A stretch of DNA of 64,000 bases from Eledone cirrhosa (lineage: Eukaryota), in NCBI GenBank assembly GCA_964016885.1, contig OZ024742.1, positions 355,694,001 through 355,758,000 of the forward strand, given 5' to 3'. How positions within the stretch are numbered: the stretch's first letter is position 1; each line of letters opens with the position of its first letter. The notes below the pieces were generated by a model. It saw nothing but the letters and a program-made list of their open reading frames with translations, had not been told where the DNA came from and searched no databases. Shown piece by piece: positions 27,226-40,809 of the stretch. A program made the translations under genes and the position numbers.

Positions 27226-27235
<10 letters not shown>
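26051..27235 (+). mobile_element. About 997-bp tandem unit with large branched hammerhead (26937-27060) at the repeat junction
   Basis: 26051-26255 repeated at 27048-27232; CATCCA CTGATGA TTTATAAG...CTTATGAT GAAA CAATTG TT; internal duplication 26370-26510/26618-26750; (TA)n flanks. Confidence 0.7.
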
Positions 27236-27254
<19 letters not shown>

Positions 27255-27256
<2 letters not shown>

Positions 27257-28840
27257 AGAAAAACAATAATAAATGCATGGATAATTCATAGTTCGAAATA
27301 ATGTTTATAATAATTCGTAATTTGGATATTTACTATATTTGAATCATGGATATAAGAATGCGGTAGGTATATTTAAAAACAGAAAATATAATTGCATACA
27401 CATTATAAATAAGAGATCAGAAAGGCATTGAAAATTCACAGTTATAAATAAGTTCAGTAAAGATGTAAGGGTTGGATACAAAACTCAGATTTAAAACTTA
27501 AGTAGGAAGATAAGGATAGAGAAATGAGAAAATAACGGTATGGATCAAAGTTAACAGAATAATGTTATATGTATCAATGTTCCGTCATGTTATTGAACAA
27601 GTGTCTTTCATTCGAGCATTATTTCTTCTATAGATAGTTATAAGATAATGCTATATTAAAGGCCATTAATGTTTTTCCCTGTTGATTATATACATCTGAC
27701 AACCAAGTTTTTAATGGTTTACTGTTTCTCACTCTTTTTTTCTCGTTTTGTGGGAGGCTAAGAATGTGGAGGTAGCTTTGTGGAGGGAACTAGAGAATAA
27801 TACAATTTTTTTGTTAATTAGGGTATCGTAGTTTTTAATAATCAACAGGGTTTCCATTGTACAGAGTGCGCAGTTATTTGATATACTAGAGTTGTGGTAA
27901 ACTCCACAGTTCCGAAGTTTTGTCCAAAGAATGGAGTATTTTAAATTCTTCTCTTTTAATGACCATATGAGCTGTGATAAAGACGTGGATGATTTCATCT
28001 TTGAGTTCGAGGATGAGCATTTATGGTTCGCAAATCTGGCTTTAAAAGTGGAAGAAGTGGATCCTATGTAGTTGTAAGTATTATGATCAGTTTTTACGGT
28101 GCATTTATAAACCAAATTACTATCTAAACAATTAATTTGCAAAGGGCAATCAGATTTATTTCTACAGTTACATTTTGGTTTAGTATCATTTATGTTAACT
28201 CTATTATTAATATCATTATGCTGGTTTTGTTTTAGGATGTTAGTGTTTAATTTGGCGATGTTTGGGCCATGTTACTGGTTATAGAATGTGAGAATTTAAT
28301 GGTATGTCTATTAAAAATGGAATGGTATTTATGTTGAGTAGGGAAAGAAGTGTCAAGAGCTTTAAAGAATCATTTTGCGATTGGTGTTTTAACTGCGACA
28401 GGAGCAGGGGTGGGTGGGCAAACCATATGACTGGTTTAGTTCTAGTTCTTATCCTCGATTTATTTGGCGTATGGGTGTTTGAATTATAATTAATAGAGTT
28501 TCTCTTATATATGTTATTATTTTTATTAAGATTAATATTTGGATTATTATTATCTACATATTCTATGTTATTCGTATATCCTGCTCTTTTTAACGCGTTG
28601 TTATAGTATTCAGCATTTTCCTCAAATATATGTTTATTGGCTGATATTTTATTAATTCGTTTTTGCACACTATTTACTATAGCTTTCTTTACATATTTAG
28701 GGTGATTGGAATTGTTACTAACATAGTTTAAGTTTTCATTGGGCTTATGAAAAGGGTAATAGAAGCCAGTGTTTAAGTTAAAGGTAACGTCTAGGAAATT
28801 AACTATTTTGGTACCATTTTCTACTTCTAATTTTATTAAA
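27255..28840 (-). mobile_element. Naiad-type PLE fragment (RT thumb + GIY-YIG + 3' UTR)
   Basis: VNFLDVTFNL..YYPFHKPN, SNHP, CNCRNKSDCPL, VYKC, YIGST..FKARF..H, CALC. Confidence 0.88.
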
Positions 28841-28929
28841 TTGTTGCTGTTCCATTCATGTTTTCTACTTAATTTAATTAAATTAAAAAAATTAAAAATT
28901 AAATTAAAATTAAATTAAATTAAATTAAA

Positions 28930-30332
<1,403 letters not shown>

Positions 30333-30362
30333 GTTATGTAATAAACAACATAAGGAAATTAT

Positions 30363-30420
30363 TCCATTTACCAGTGGTTTCTTAAAAGCAAAAAATGTTG
30401 CTTTTAATCCTCGGAATGAA
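30363..30420 (-). ncRNA. Hammerhead motif (CCGAGGA core) in pLTR copy 30335-30432
   Basis: TTCATT CCGAGGA TTAAAAGCAA..TTGCTTTTAA GAAA CCACTGG TA AATGGA. Confidence 0.65.
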
Positions 30421-30787
30421 AAAATCCTGGTCTGTTTATTGAATTTGGATTTTAAAAGCAAAAATGCAATCTATATAAAAGTGAGGCTGGAGAAATAAGA
30501 AGGAAAGGAAAAATAAAATAAAACCACACATGCAAACGCACACACAAAAACACACACACACTCACACAAATGCATACATACACACACACACATATGTATA
30601 TATATATATATATATATATACATACACTCATACATACACACACACATATACACATATATATTTGTATATAAATACACACATACACATACATATACACATA
30701 CATACAAACGCACATAAATATCAACACATCCATACATACACATACATATATACAACCACACACACACACATATATACAAACATATAT

Positions 30788-30848
<61 letters not shown>

Positions 30849-31264
30849 CATGCATACTAATACACATACATAGCCATACACACATACATATACATACATA
30901 CATACACACAATGATACCTATATACACACGTACATACATACACATATATAAATGCGTACATATGCATGTACAACATTAGAAAAATATACACACCTCTACA
31001 CATTCACACACGCAAATAAAAATAAGAAAAAATATATATAAAAAATAAAATAATAAACAGTTGACAGCGATACAAGCGACGTGAAGATGAACAGACACGC
31101 GTGTTGGTGAGCAATACACAAAAATGCACGTACACATACGTACGAAAAGTAAATACATACAAACACTCTCACACATAAATATACATATACAAATAAATAA
31201 ACACATACATACACATACACAGATACATACACATACACACATATACTTATATACACACACATAT

Positions 31265-31305
<41 letters not shown>

Positions 31306-31311
31306 TATATA

Positions 31312-31353
<42 letters not shown>

Positions 31354-31476
31354 AATACACACACACATACACACACATATATATATATATACATACGCAC
31401 ACACATACCTACATAGCAATACAATTATACACATACAAATACGTACATATCACAAAACACGCACAACCAAATACAA

Positions 31477-31511
<35 letters not shown>

Positions 31512-31584
31512 CATATATATATGTGTGTGTGTGTAAAACTCAATCTTAGATAATTCATATGTAACTTATATATACATATATATA

Positions 31585-31710
31585 GTAGTAATGTAATAAA
31601 CAACATAAGGCAATAATTCCATTCACCAGTGGTTTCTTAAAGGCCAAAAAATTTTGCCTTCAATCCTCAGAATGAAAAAAAACCTGGTCTATCTACATAT
31701 ACATATATAT

Positions 31711-31745
<35 letters not shown>

Positions 31746-32250
31746 TGCACATACACATACATACACATACATTTTGGTATGTGAAGGGTAAGGCAAAAAG
31801 AATATATGGGGGGGGGGCATGGGAAAAAGGTGAAATATAAGGGGAGATAAGGGAGAAAAAGAATACAAGAGTACAGAACGTGGATTCAGCAAATAAAAAA
31901 AAACCGTAGCAGAAGTAAAGAGCAGGAAAGGAGTTCAAGGCGGTTGATTTATCATAGGAGTGTCAATCCAGTTACAGATCAGATGTGATTTCAGATGAGG
32001 ACAACATCTGAAGATCTCAGTCTTTGAATTTAAGCAAGCAGAAGTGGCTCTCAAGTTTAGCAAAATCCTATATTTTTCTGTGGTACACAAAGAACAATTC
32101 TTTGTGCCCCTTTGATACTCCCTCGAATGGTTTAAGATAGACCAATCGATAGAGTACGGGATGTTACTATCCTTGAATTCCCACACCTTACTTGCGAGGG
32201 CCGTTGATGTTCGTTTATCGGAGTGCTTAAAAGAAGCGACATGTGAGTAA
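31585..32250 (-). mobile_element. Naiad-type PLE 3' fragment (GIY-YIG C-terminus, UTR, pLTR hammerhead 31618-31676)
   Basis: H.ASF..STALASKVWE.K..WSIL..CSLC.TEK..LNSKTEI..CPH; CTGAGGA...GAAA CCACTGG TG. Confidence 0.8.
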
Positions 32251-32259
32251 AACATATAT

Positions 32260-32347
<88 letters not shown>

Positions 32348-32353
<6 letters not shown>

Positions 32354-32633
32354 TTAGAAATTATAAGCTTTCACCGTATTTTTAGACTAAAGAAATTTCT
32401 AGCCTGATAGTGGGGTTTATACCCCTCTGAGAAATGGAAAAGGATTGAGTGTAGCCATGTACGGCAATACTCATCTTTTTCCATTTCTCCGAGGGTTATA
32501 AACCCCACTATCAGGCTAGAAATTTCTTTAGTCTAAAAATGCTGTGAAAGCTTATAATTTCTAATTTCTAATTTCAAACTCGCGCACCGCTTCAAAAACA
32601 TACTTACATGTTTACGTTTATAATTTGCTTGTT
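32348..32633. mobile_element. Fold-back element in (TA)n with one-sided tail
   Basis: Arms 32348-32450 and 32470-32571; tail to 32633. Confidence 0.75.
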
Positions 32634-32646
32634 TATATATATATAT

Positions 32647-32734
<88 letters not shown>

Positions 32735-32738
<4 letters not shown>

Positions 32739-33167
32739 CGTTTCTGAATTTGTTTAGCAAGATTCTTTATCTGAAATCGTGTGTTGAAACCGATATTGTT
32801 ATACTTTGGGGGGGTCATGTTGCCAATAAGAAACACACGCACCAGTTGCTTTCACTTCAATTTATTATATATTTATAAATTCATAAATTTACAAATTTAC
32901 AAATCTACAAACTTATAAATTTCTGGTTGGTTGGTTGGTTCCACAACCAGATAGTTGTTTATATATATAGTCATAGTCCTTTCGCCACACACTCTGTGAC
33001 CTCTTCAGTGACTGGGGATTCCTTTCTTCGTTTCTGTGCCTTTCCTTTCTTCTATCCTACGCCATTTGTAAATTTGTAAATTTATGAATTTATAAATATA
33101 TAATAAATTGAAGTGAAAGCAACTGGTGCGTGTGTTTCTTACTGGCAACATGACCCTCCCAAAGTAT

Positions 33168-33172
<5 letters not shown>
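32735..33172 (-). mobile_element. Family B element with intact hammerhead 32969-33013 and inverted 5' pLTR (33065-33172)
   Basis: AGTCA CTGAAGA G GTCACA..TGTGGC GAAA GGAC TA TGACT. Confidence 0.8.
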
Positions 33173-33222
<50 letters not shown>

Positions 33223-33226
<4 letters not shown>

Positions 33227-33660
33227 GAAGTTCTATTTAAATTGTTGGGATACAACAAGCAAATATTTTTATAACTGATATAAAGCACCCAACAAATTAT
33301 TGGAGTAAAAATACGATATATTAACAAATGGAAACTATATTAATAAAACCATATTTATTTCATTATACATATTTCAAGCACACCATGTTAAATTATGGTG
33401 GGCTTTCATTAGATAAAATATAATATAGATCAGTTTTATAAATAAATATTGACATACCCTTAAAGAATGCGACCATTTCTGTTGGAGCTTCCAACAGAAA
33501 TGGTCGCATTCGTTAAGGGTATGTCAATATTTATTTTTAAAACTGATCTATTTTATATTTTATCTAATGAAAGCACACCATAATTTACTTGGTGTCGTTG
33601 AAATATGTATAATGAAATAAATATGGTTTTATAAATATAGTTTCCATTTGTTAATACATC

Positions 33661-33661
<1 letters not shown>
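33223..33661. mobile_element. Fold-back family A element (second copy)
   Basis: Homologous to 11951-12397; arms meet at about 33487; both arms read CTAATGA. Confidence 0.85.
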
Positions 33662-33699
<38 letters not shown>

Positions 33700-33724
33700 G
33701 ATAACAGATTAAAGTTTAAGCAAA

Positions 33725-33779
<55 letters not shown>

Positions 33780-33780
33780 A

Positions 33781-33840
<60 letters not shown>

Positions 33841-33843
<3 letters not shown>

Positions 33844-34355
33844 GAAATAACAGGATGCTGGACTCGTGTAATTCCTTAAATGTTTTATTATACTATGATC
33901 ATTTCAATGACCGGTTGCAATATGAATCCGGTCACATCATCAAGTATTCGAAATATAACAAAGGAATATAATAGACAAAATCGATGGGGCAAAATCCTTG
34001 AGGGCGGTTGACCGGTGTAGAAGCGGCTAAATGTTCGGTCGCCCTCATGTCTCTTATTTTAATCCCCATGGAGTTTGTATATTATATTCCGTTGTTACAT
34101 TTCGAATACCTGACGATGTCACCGGATTTATACTGAGCCCTGTCATTTAAATGGTCATAGTATAATAAACCTTTTAAAGAATTACACCAGTCCAGCCTCC
34201 TTTTATTTTATAATAATTAACTCCGTAATCCCACCACCAACTACACAAACGGAAACGGATGAGTTGCATTACGTTGAGAGCTCTCCATAATATTACATCG
34301 AGGTTGGCCATACGGAATTACCAGTTCTATCCAGTGGTAAACCAACCAACGTAAG
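33841..34355. mobile_element. Fold-back element, family G, with decayed hammerheads and tail
   Basis: Arms 33841-33978 and 34074-34212; consensus ATAC CTGATGA TGTGACCGG..CCGGTCATT GAAA TGATCA TA GTAT. Confidence 0.7.
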
Positions 34356-34448
34356 TATATATATATATGTGAGAAAAACCACATATATATATGTGAAAAA
34401 GCACATATATATATGTAAGAAAAACCACAAACCCTCCATCTCAACTCA

Positions 34449-34486
34449 CCTTTTGAAAAGCAGAAGAACTGCGAAACCGGTAAAGG
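34449..34486 (+). ncRNA. Minimal hammerhead with U3-A8 core (family H; also 49104-49142 + and 60396-60433 -)
   Basis: CCTT TTGAAAA GCAG-AAGAA-CTGC GAAA CCGG TA AAGG. Confidence 0.75.
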
Positions 34487-34555
34487 AACCAAATAAATAT
34501 ATATATTTTTTAAAAGAACAAGACTTCAGTTGCATTCTCGATTTCATCTCTTTTT

Positions 34556-34617
<62 letters not shown>

Positions 34618-35179
34618 ATTCCATGACGATAAATATCGTGATCTCTTCAGACAGCAAAAATTGATTAAAAGGTAACATTTCTGAGTCAATTTTATGTGGA
34701 CCGGAGCGGACTAAAAAAAAAGTGTGTTTTTGATCTGGTTGTCCGCTCTCTCCTGGTTTACAGGTCATCCCCACAGTCCTGCGCAGTCGCAGGGGTAGCG
34801 GTGTCTGACCACTCAACAGCACCCAGAACACTACCGACCTTATTTGTTTTCTCTACCTCTACCTTCCAGCGCCCCACCTCCTCAGCCGTCAACACTAGGC
34901 AGTAAGTGGTAGTTCAAACCAGCTAAAATGTATTTACTGCTAGCTTTGTCACCCCGTAGAATTTCAGTGCATGTGTACCTGTTATCCGTTTATGGCGGGA
35001 CAATATACAGAGCATCAACTCCAAATCGAGAAAGTTACATACTGCCATGGTTAATATAAACTATTACAGAAAATATTTGAAGTTTCACAACCCGAAATAA
35101 TTCGAAATTTCAGACGTTAAAGATTAAAAGGTAAGAGTCCAGACAACTGGACAACAGAATACATATATACATATATATA

Positions 35180-35490
35180 GATCATACCTGATCATTTCGC
35201 AAAGCTGACTGGGAAGAATTTGCTAATTGAAAGATGAGAAAGTGTTGAATCAACAGAGCAACATAACCTTGACTACGCCTGCTCATGTTTCTCTAAACTC
35301 ATTGTCAAGGCGGCAGAGAAGTAATTCACTCAAGGTTTGAAAGGAGCTTCACAAAAACTGAGGCTAACATGGTCGACCTCACTGCAGCCTGGGACAATGT
35401 CTGGCATCAGCGTATGACCCCTAAATTCATAGTAAGCATTCCTGACTGTGACAGTGCAATTTATCAGCAACAACTTAGCCAAAGCATTGT
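35180..35490 (+). pseudogene. Decayed Vingi/Ingi-like LINE RT fragment
   Basis: VDLTAAWDNVWH (cf. VDLTAAYDTVWH motif A). Confidence 0.55.
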
Positions 35491-35840
35491 CCAGAAGAAC
35501 AGCATCTGACAGAGCAGCAGACTACCACACGGAACGGAATCATTGCTGCTAGCCATATCTCTCTTACTCCAATGGACAGCGTTTGGCTTGTCGATCAGCA
35601 GTACAGTCGAATGGGGTCGACACAGTCAAAGTCCATCTCAACGGCCGATTACCCTGGAGTTCTTTGTCTTTCGTTTGTAATTTTATTTTTAAAAATCAAC
35701 TTTTATGATCCCTCAATTTATTTTTCTTTTTGCCTCGGTTCATTTCTTTATTTTGTCCTCTGATAATTTTCGTAAATTCATGTAAACCCACCCCTCTACA
35801 GACGCATACACTCACACACACATATACACACATATGAATA

Positions 35841-35961
<121 letters not shown>

Positions 35962-35974
35962 GGAACGAATAGGA

Positions 35975-36068
35975 CCCCGACGGCTGAGCTCAAGCCGTTT
36001 CGACGGCTAATACTGGACTAAATGAAAATGTTTATCCTGTTAAATGAATAGCCGAACTTCTCAGCGGG
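35975..36068 (-). ncRNA. Hammerhead-like motif, long helix II, GTC site; element 35958-36375 is homologous to about 3040-3400
   Basis: CTGAGAA GTTCGGCTATT...TAGCCGTC GAAA CGGCT-TGAGCTC-AGCCG TC GGGG. Confidence 0.6.
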
Positions 36069-36371
36069 TAACTACATATATGGTAAAAGTGATTGTCACA
36101 AGGATTGGTCAAAAGTGTGTTGTTGAGACACATGATTCTATCAGGACATTTTGTGGAAGGTAGGGTTAGCTGAACTTGCCAGTAGAAGAAAGAGGGAGAG
36201 GGAGTGGAGGAAACCTACAGCAGATTCAAAGGATAGGAGTTTGAAAAAAGTATACTAGAGAAGGGGAGGGGGAAGGAAGTCGAAACAATAAGTAAATCTA
36301 TATGGAGTAAATATATAGAAAAATATAAAAAATATAAAAAATATAAAAAACACAATTTCTGGTTACTAATC

Positions 36372-36418
<47 letters not shown>

Positions 36419-36419
<1 letters not shown>

Positions 36420-36610
36420 GTTATTCCGGGTTGAATCGGAGGTAACCACAGTAAGTAAGGTACCCAATACATTGCAGAATATAAAAGTTTTAATATAGAT
36501 GAGATTCTACAGGACTAGAACTGTTTCATTCTTTAGAAATCATCAGGAGATTCCTGATGATTTCTAAAGAATGAAACAGTTCTAGTCCTGTAGAATCTCA
36601 TCTATATTAA

Positions 36611-36614
<4 letters not shown>
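36419..36614. mobile_element. Mini fold-back element, family E, with hammerhead 36547-36599 (+)
   Basis: Perfect arms 36487-36547 and 36553-36614; GAGATTC CTGATGA TTTCTAAAGAAT GAAA CAG-TTCTAGTC-CTG TA GAATCTC; shorter relative at 16362-16475. Confidence 0.8.
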
Positions 36615-36660
<46 letters not shown>

Positions 36661-36666
<6 letters not shown>

Positions 36667-37878
36667 GACGTAAAATAAGAAAATTATAAAAATTAACTTA
36701 CTTACTAAAATTTCACTCCATCTAATTAGTTTCTGAAAGGGAATAAACATGGTTTACAAATGGAACAACATGGAGAATGCCTTTCGTCATAGGAAGTCAA
36801 TTCTCAGCTAAGTTCCCAGGCGATGCGTGGACACAGGGAACTTATACAAAAATAATTCAGTGAATGGAAAAAAGCAAGCGAGGACTAAATTCCAAGACAT
36901 TGAAAAAATCACTGCCAACTTGGTCGGTGGCAAATTCAAAAGAATCAATCACGTGACATCGAGGTTAATCAGTGAGGGGTGGGGTGTTAAGAAGACAGTA
37001 GCCGAACTATTACTATGAACTATAGTAGCACTTTTGGCCAATTTTTTGCTCAACAAAATAATTTGGAGATAATTATAAAGAATTAGTATATCTACCAACA
37101 TATATATATATACAGATGCATACCTATGCTGGCAAATATATAGGCTTTGTCTTAGTAATTTTGTGGTTCAATGCAAGGCGATGGAGGACAATTATATGAA
37201 AGATGTAAAATAAGAAAATTATAAAAATTAACTTACTTACTAAAATTTCACTCCAACTAATTAGTTTCTGAAAGGGAATAAACATGGTTCCGAATGGAAA
37301 AACATGGAAAATGCCTTTCGTCATCAGGAAGTCAATTCTCAGCTAAGTTCCCAGGTGATGCGTGGACACAGGGAACTTATACAAAAATAATTCAGTGGAT
37401 GGAAAAAAGCAAGCGAGGACTAAATTCCAAGACATTGAACAAATCACTGCCTTATTGGTCCGTGGCAAATTCAAAAGAATCAATCACGTGACATCGAGGT
37501 TAATCAGTGAGGAGTGGGGTGTAAAGAAGTAAGTAGCCGAACTATTACTATGAACTATAGTAGCAGTTTTGGCACATTTTTGCTCAACAAAATAATTTGG
37601 AGATAATTATAAAAATTATTATATTGACTTCCTGATGAGGAAAGGCATTCTCCTTGTTGTCCATTCGGAAACCATGTTTATTCCCTTTCAGAAACTAATT
37701 AGTTGGAGTGAAATTTTATAAGTAGGTTAATTTTTATAATTTTCTTATTTTACGTCTTTCTTATAATTGTTCTGCATCCCCTTGCATTGAACCACAAAGT
37801 TACTAAGACAAAACCTATATATTTGTTAGCATAGGTATGCATCTGTATATATATGTTGGTAGATATACTAATTTTTTA
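36661..37878 (-). mobile_element. About 535-bp tandem unit (two copies) plus inverted terminal copy, each with a long-helix-II hammerhead
   Basis: 36661-37085 repeated at 37196-37618; 37624-37878 inverts about 37078-37335; GACTTC CTGATGA .GAAAGG...CCTTTC. GAAA CTAATTAG TT GGAGT at 37250-37333 (-) and 37626-37710 (+). Confidence 0.8.
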
Positions 37879-37961
37879 TATATATATATATATATATTAA
37901 TTGTCAATGAAAGAGGCATGGGAGAAGAATACAATAATGATATATATATATATATAGATAC

Positions 37962-38056
<95 letters not shown>

Positions 38057-38101
38057 TGGGTATGCATGCATCTGTGTATAAACGTCTGTTATTATCATCA
38101 T

Positions 38102-38215
38102 AATCCCGCCTAGGTTAACTCTTCCTTTCATCCTTACGGGGTCGATAAAATAAAGTACCAGTAATACACTGCGGAATTGCTGGCCTTGTGCCACAAGTAG
38201 AAACAATTATCATCA
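38102..38215 (+). mobile_element. 5'-truncated tRNA-derived SINE
   Basis: CCTTTCATCCTTACGGGGTCGATAAAATAAAGTACCAG core and tail. Confidence 0.85.
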
Positions 38216-38689
38216 TAATCATAACCATCATATTTAATTTTACATGGTATTTGTTACTCAGCATATAGTAAGTAATGTTTTACAATTTAGTCTAAAATAT
38301 ATTCTGTTAACTTGTGAGTCTCTCACGTGTCATAATATATTTCATCTTACGAATGATGCCAATTATCATATTTACCATTTCATCTATACCAGCTTTAATG
38401 TCTAATACTCTTTCGTTCTGGTCTTTATATATATTTGATGGTTATGTATTTATGTTTTAACTTTGTTTCGTGTAATTCCACTTATATGAGAGGTTCCATT
38501 TACTTCGTGATTTTCTTATACTTTTATATATCTATATGTAAATGTTCGTGTTGTATCTTGTCATATAGTGTTTTATAATTTCACCGCAGACTTGACACAT
38601 GTAAACATTATATTCATTGTTATCATTCACGATATCACCAGCTTTTTATTTGTACTTTAGTTATTTACATGATTAGTAGCGTTTTATTC

Positions 38690-39011
38690 TACGTGGAGGT
38701 ACTGAAATGTTCCTGGCTTTGATGATATCATGAAGCGCTAGAGTTGTTACCTTTACAAGGGATGTAGGACCACTGCAATAAGTGTGTGAATCTGAAAGGG
38801 GAATATATTGAATATAATCCTAAATAACTGATTCCACATATTTCATTTAACTGATCATCCTCTATATCTTTTAATTGAGCCTTCTCTATTTTTCTTAACT
38901 GAACCTCCAGTATTTTCTTTTAACAGAACCACCTATATTTTCTCTTAAGTGACCTCCTGTATTTTCTTTTACCCAGAGTCAGGAACTTTCCAGCAACACC
39001 CACCCCCCGTA
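38690..39011 (+). mobile_element. Mariner-derived MITE remnant
   Basis: Degenerate TIRs TACGTGGAGGTACTGAAATGTTCCTGGCT / AGTCAGGAACTTTCCAGCA..CGTA; internal KCVNLKGEYIE resembles the mariner transposase C-terminus. Confidence 0.6.
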
Positions 39012-39314
39012 CGAGTATGTGTTTTGTTGTGTTTTTGTATCTTGCCCTTTCGTTGTTGGTACTATTTGGTCCTATGTAATTTCTGATTAAACCCACCTAT
39101 GGAGTAAATTATTCTAGTCATCATATCAGTGAGTATTCTGTTGAATTTATCCTTTCTATTTAAGAAAAAATCCTGGTATTTCTAACACGTCAAATTACTG
39201 CATACGTGCGACCACATTGCACATTTTACATTACATAAATACGTAGAATATATATAAGTTAATGATATCCTGTACGTGATAAATTGGATGATTTATCACG
39301 TTATGACTGTTATG

Positions 39315-39485
39315 AACCAATTGTTCCTACTTTTGGCACAAGGCCAGCAATTATCCCAGTGTAATACTGACACTTTATTTTATCGACCCCGTAAGGATGA
39401 AAGGCAAAATTAACCTCGGTGGGATTTGAACTCATATCATAAAGGGCCGTAACTCTTTGCTGCAACGAATGGTGTCCGACCAAAT
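39315..39485 (-). mobile_element. tRNA-derived SINE
   Basis: Same family as 378-557. Confidence 0.85.
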
Positions 39486-40084
39486 TAATGATCATCTACA
39501 CAGCATAAAGAACAAAATCACTGCGCAGAATCATAGCCAAGATGAACGAAGACATTATAGAAAGGTCGTCCAATTCAAGAAGAAAATAATATCTACTAAT
39601 AATTAAGAGAGCTAAAAAATTGAATATATCATTCTATTTCAAGCGGACAATAGGTAGTGCCTGGGGGTCTATTTTTGCAAGTATAAATGTATTAGAATAT
39701 ATAGTATTTCATGTGTGTGAATAATGTGTTCTGTTGGTAGTCAGTAAGGGTTAGTTTCCCGATTGAGCTATTCTCATTCGTTTAATCTCGATATTTCTAA
39801 TTTCCGTTTGTATTGAATGGGTGAATTACGAGAAGGTTCCATCAAAATTATTTACTCTGAGCTCAATATGGATGATGAATTATTCTTTTGTGGTACAATG
39901 ATAATAAATGATATATTTACAGTTACAGGAATATATAGAAGTTCTTAGTTTTGTAAGTATTAGGGTGTGTTTGCGTACTTCAATATGTATATCATTTATA
40001 CATATCTACTTATGTGACAATATATAACTATACTCACTCACTTATGTCTCTATTTACTTATATATCTCCACACACACACACGCG

Positions 40085-40167
<83 letters not shown>

Positions 40168-40673
40168 AATATTTGACTCTAACCATTATTTTCAGTATTA
40201 CCACCCCACATTAATTCCTCAATTTGTATGTGTGGATGTGTGTGTGTATCTGTGGAGGTGGGTGTGAGTGTATGTGCAAGCCAACCTACATAAGTCTTTT
40301 TATTTGTAAATTTTCTACTCTAAACCATAATTTTCAGTAGCACCACTCCACATAAATTCCTCAATTTAAGGATGACCTGTAGTATCTATTTCATAGTATT
40401 AACCTTAATTGAATATATATCTGACCAGGAATGCTTTTTGTCAAAATCAGTCATATGCAACTACTGTCAACTTGCCTGACGGTTTGAACTTTACAACACC
40501 ACTTGCCTCTTTGAGGTCAAATACCAACCCTACTAGCATCTACAAACTGACCAATGATAATTAAGACTATTCCTGCTGACAACATTAAATTATTCCTAAC
40601 AAGCTCATATGTCCAAAGGCTCTGATACCATCAACACTATAAACACAGAACTGGCATATCTAAGAACTGACTA

Positions 40674-40729
40674 ACTGCCTGATGAGGTCATAGCCATTCA
40701 ATGGCTATCATCGAAATATATATAGCAGT
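40674..40729 (+). ncRNA. Intact minimal type I hammerhead (family C)
   Basis: ACTGC CTGATGA GGTCATAGCCA-TTCAA-TGGCTATCATC GAAA TATATA TA GCAGT; helix II covaries with 21961-22015. Confidence 0.85.
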
Positions 40730-40774
40730 AAATAAAGGATTATGAGTTCATGCAATTGACTTATGTTTCGTCAC

Positions 40775-40809
<35 letters not shown>

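Noticed and set aside
32348-32571. Hammerhead in this fold-back
   Set aside because: No core with consistent helices could be built
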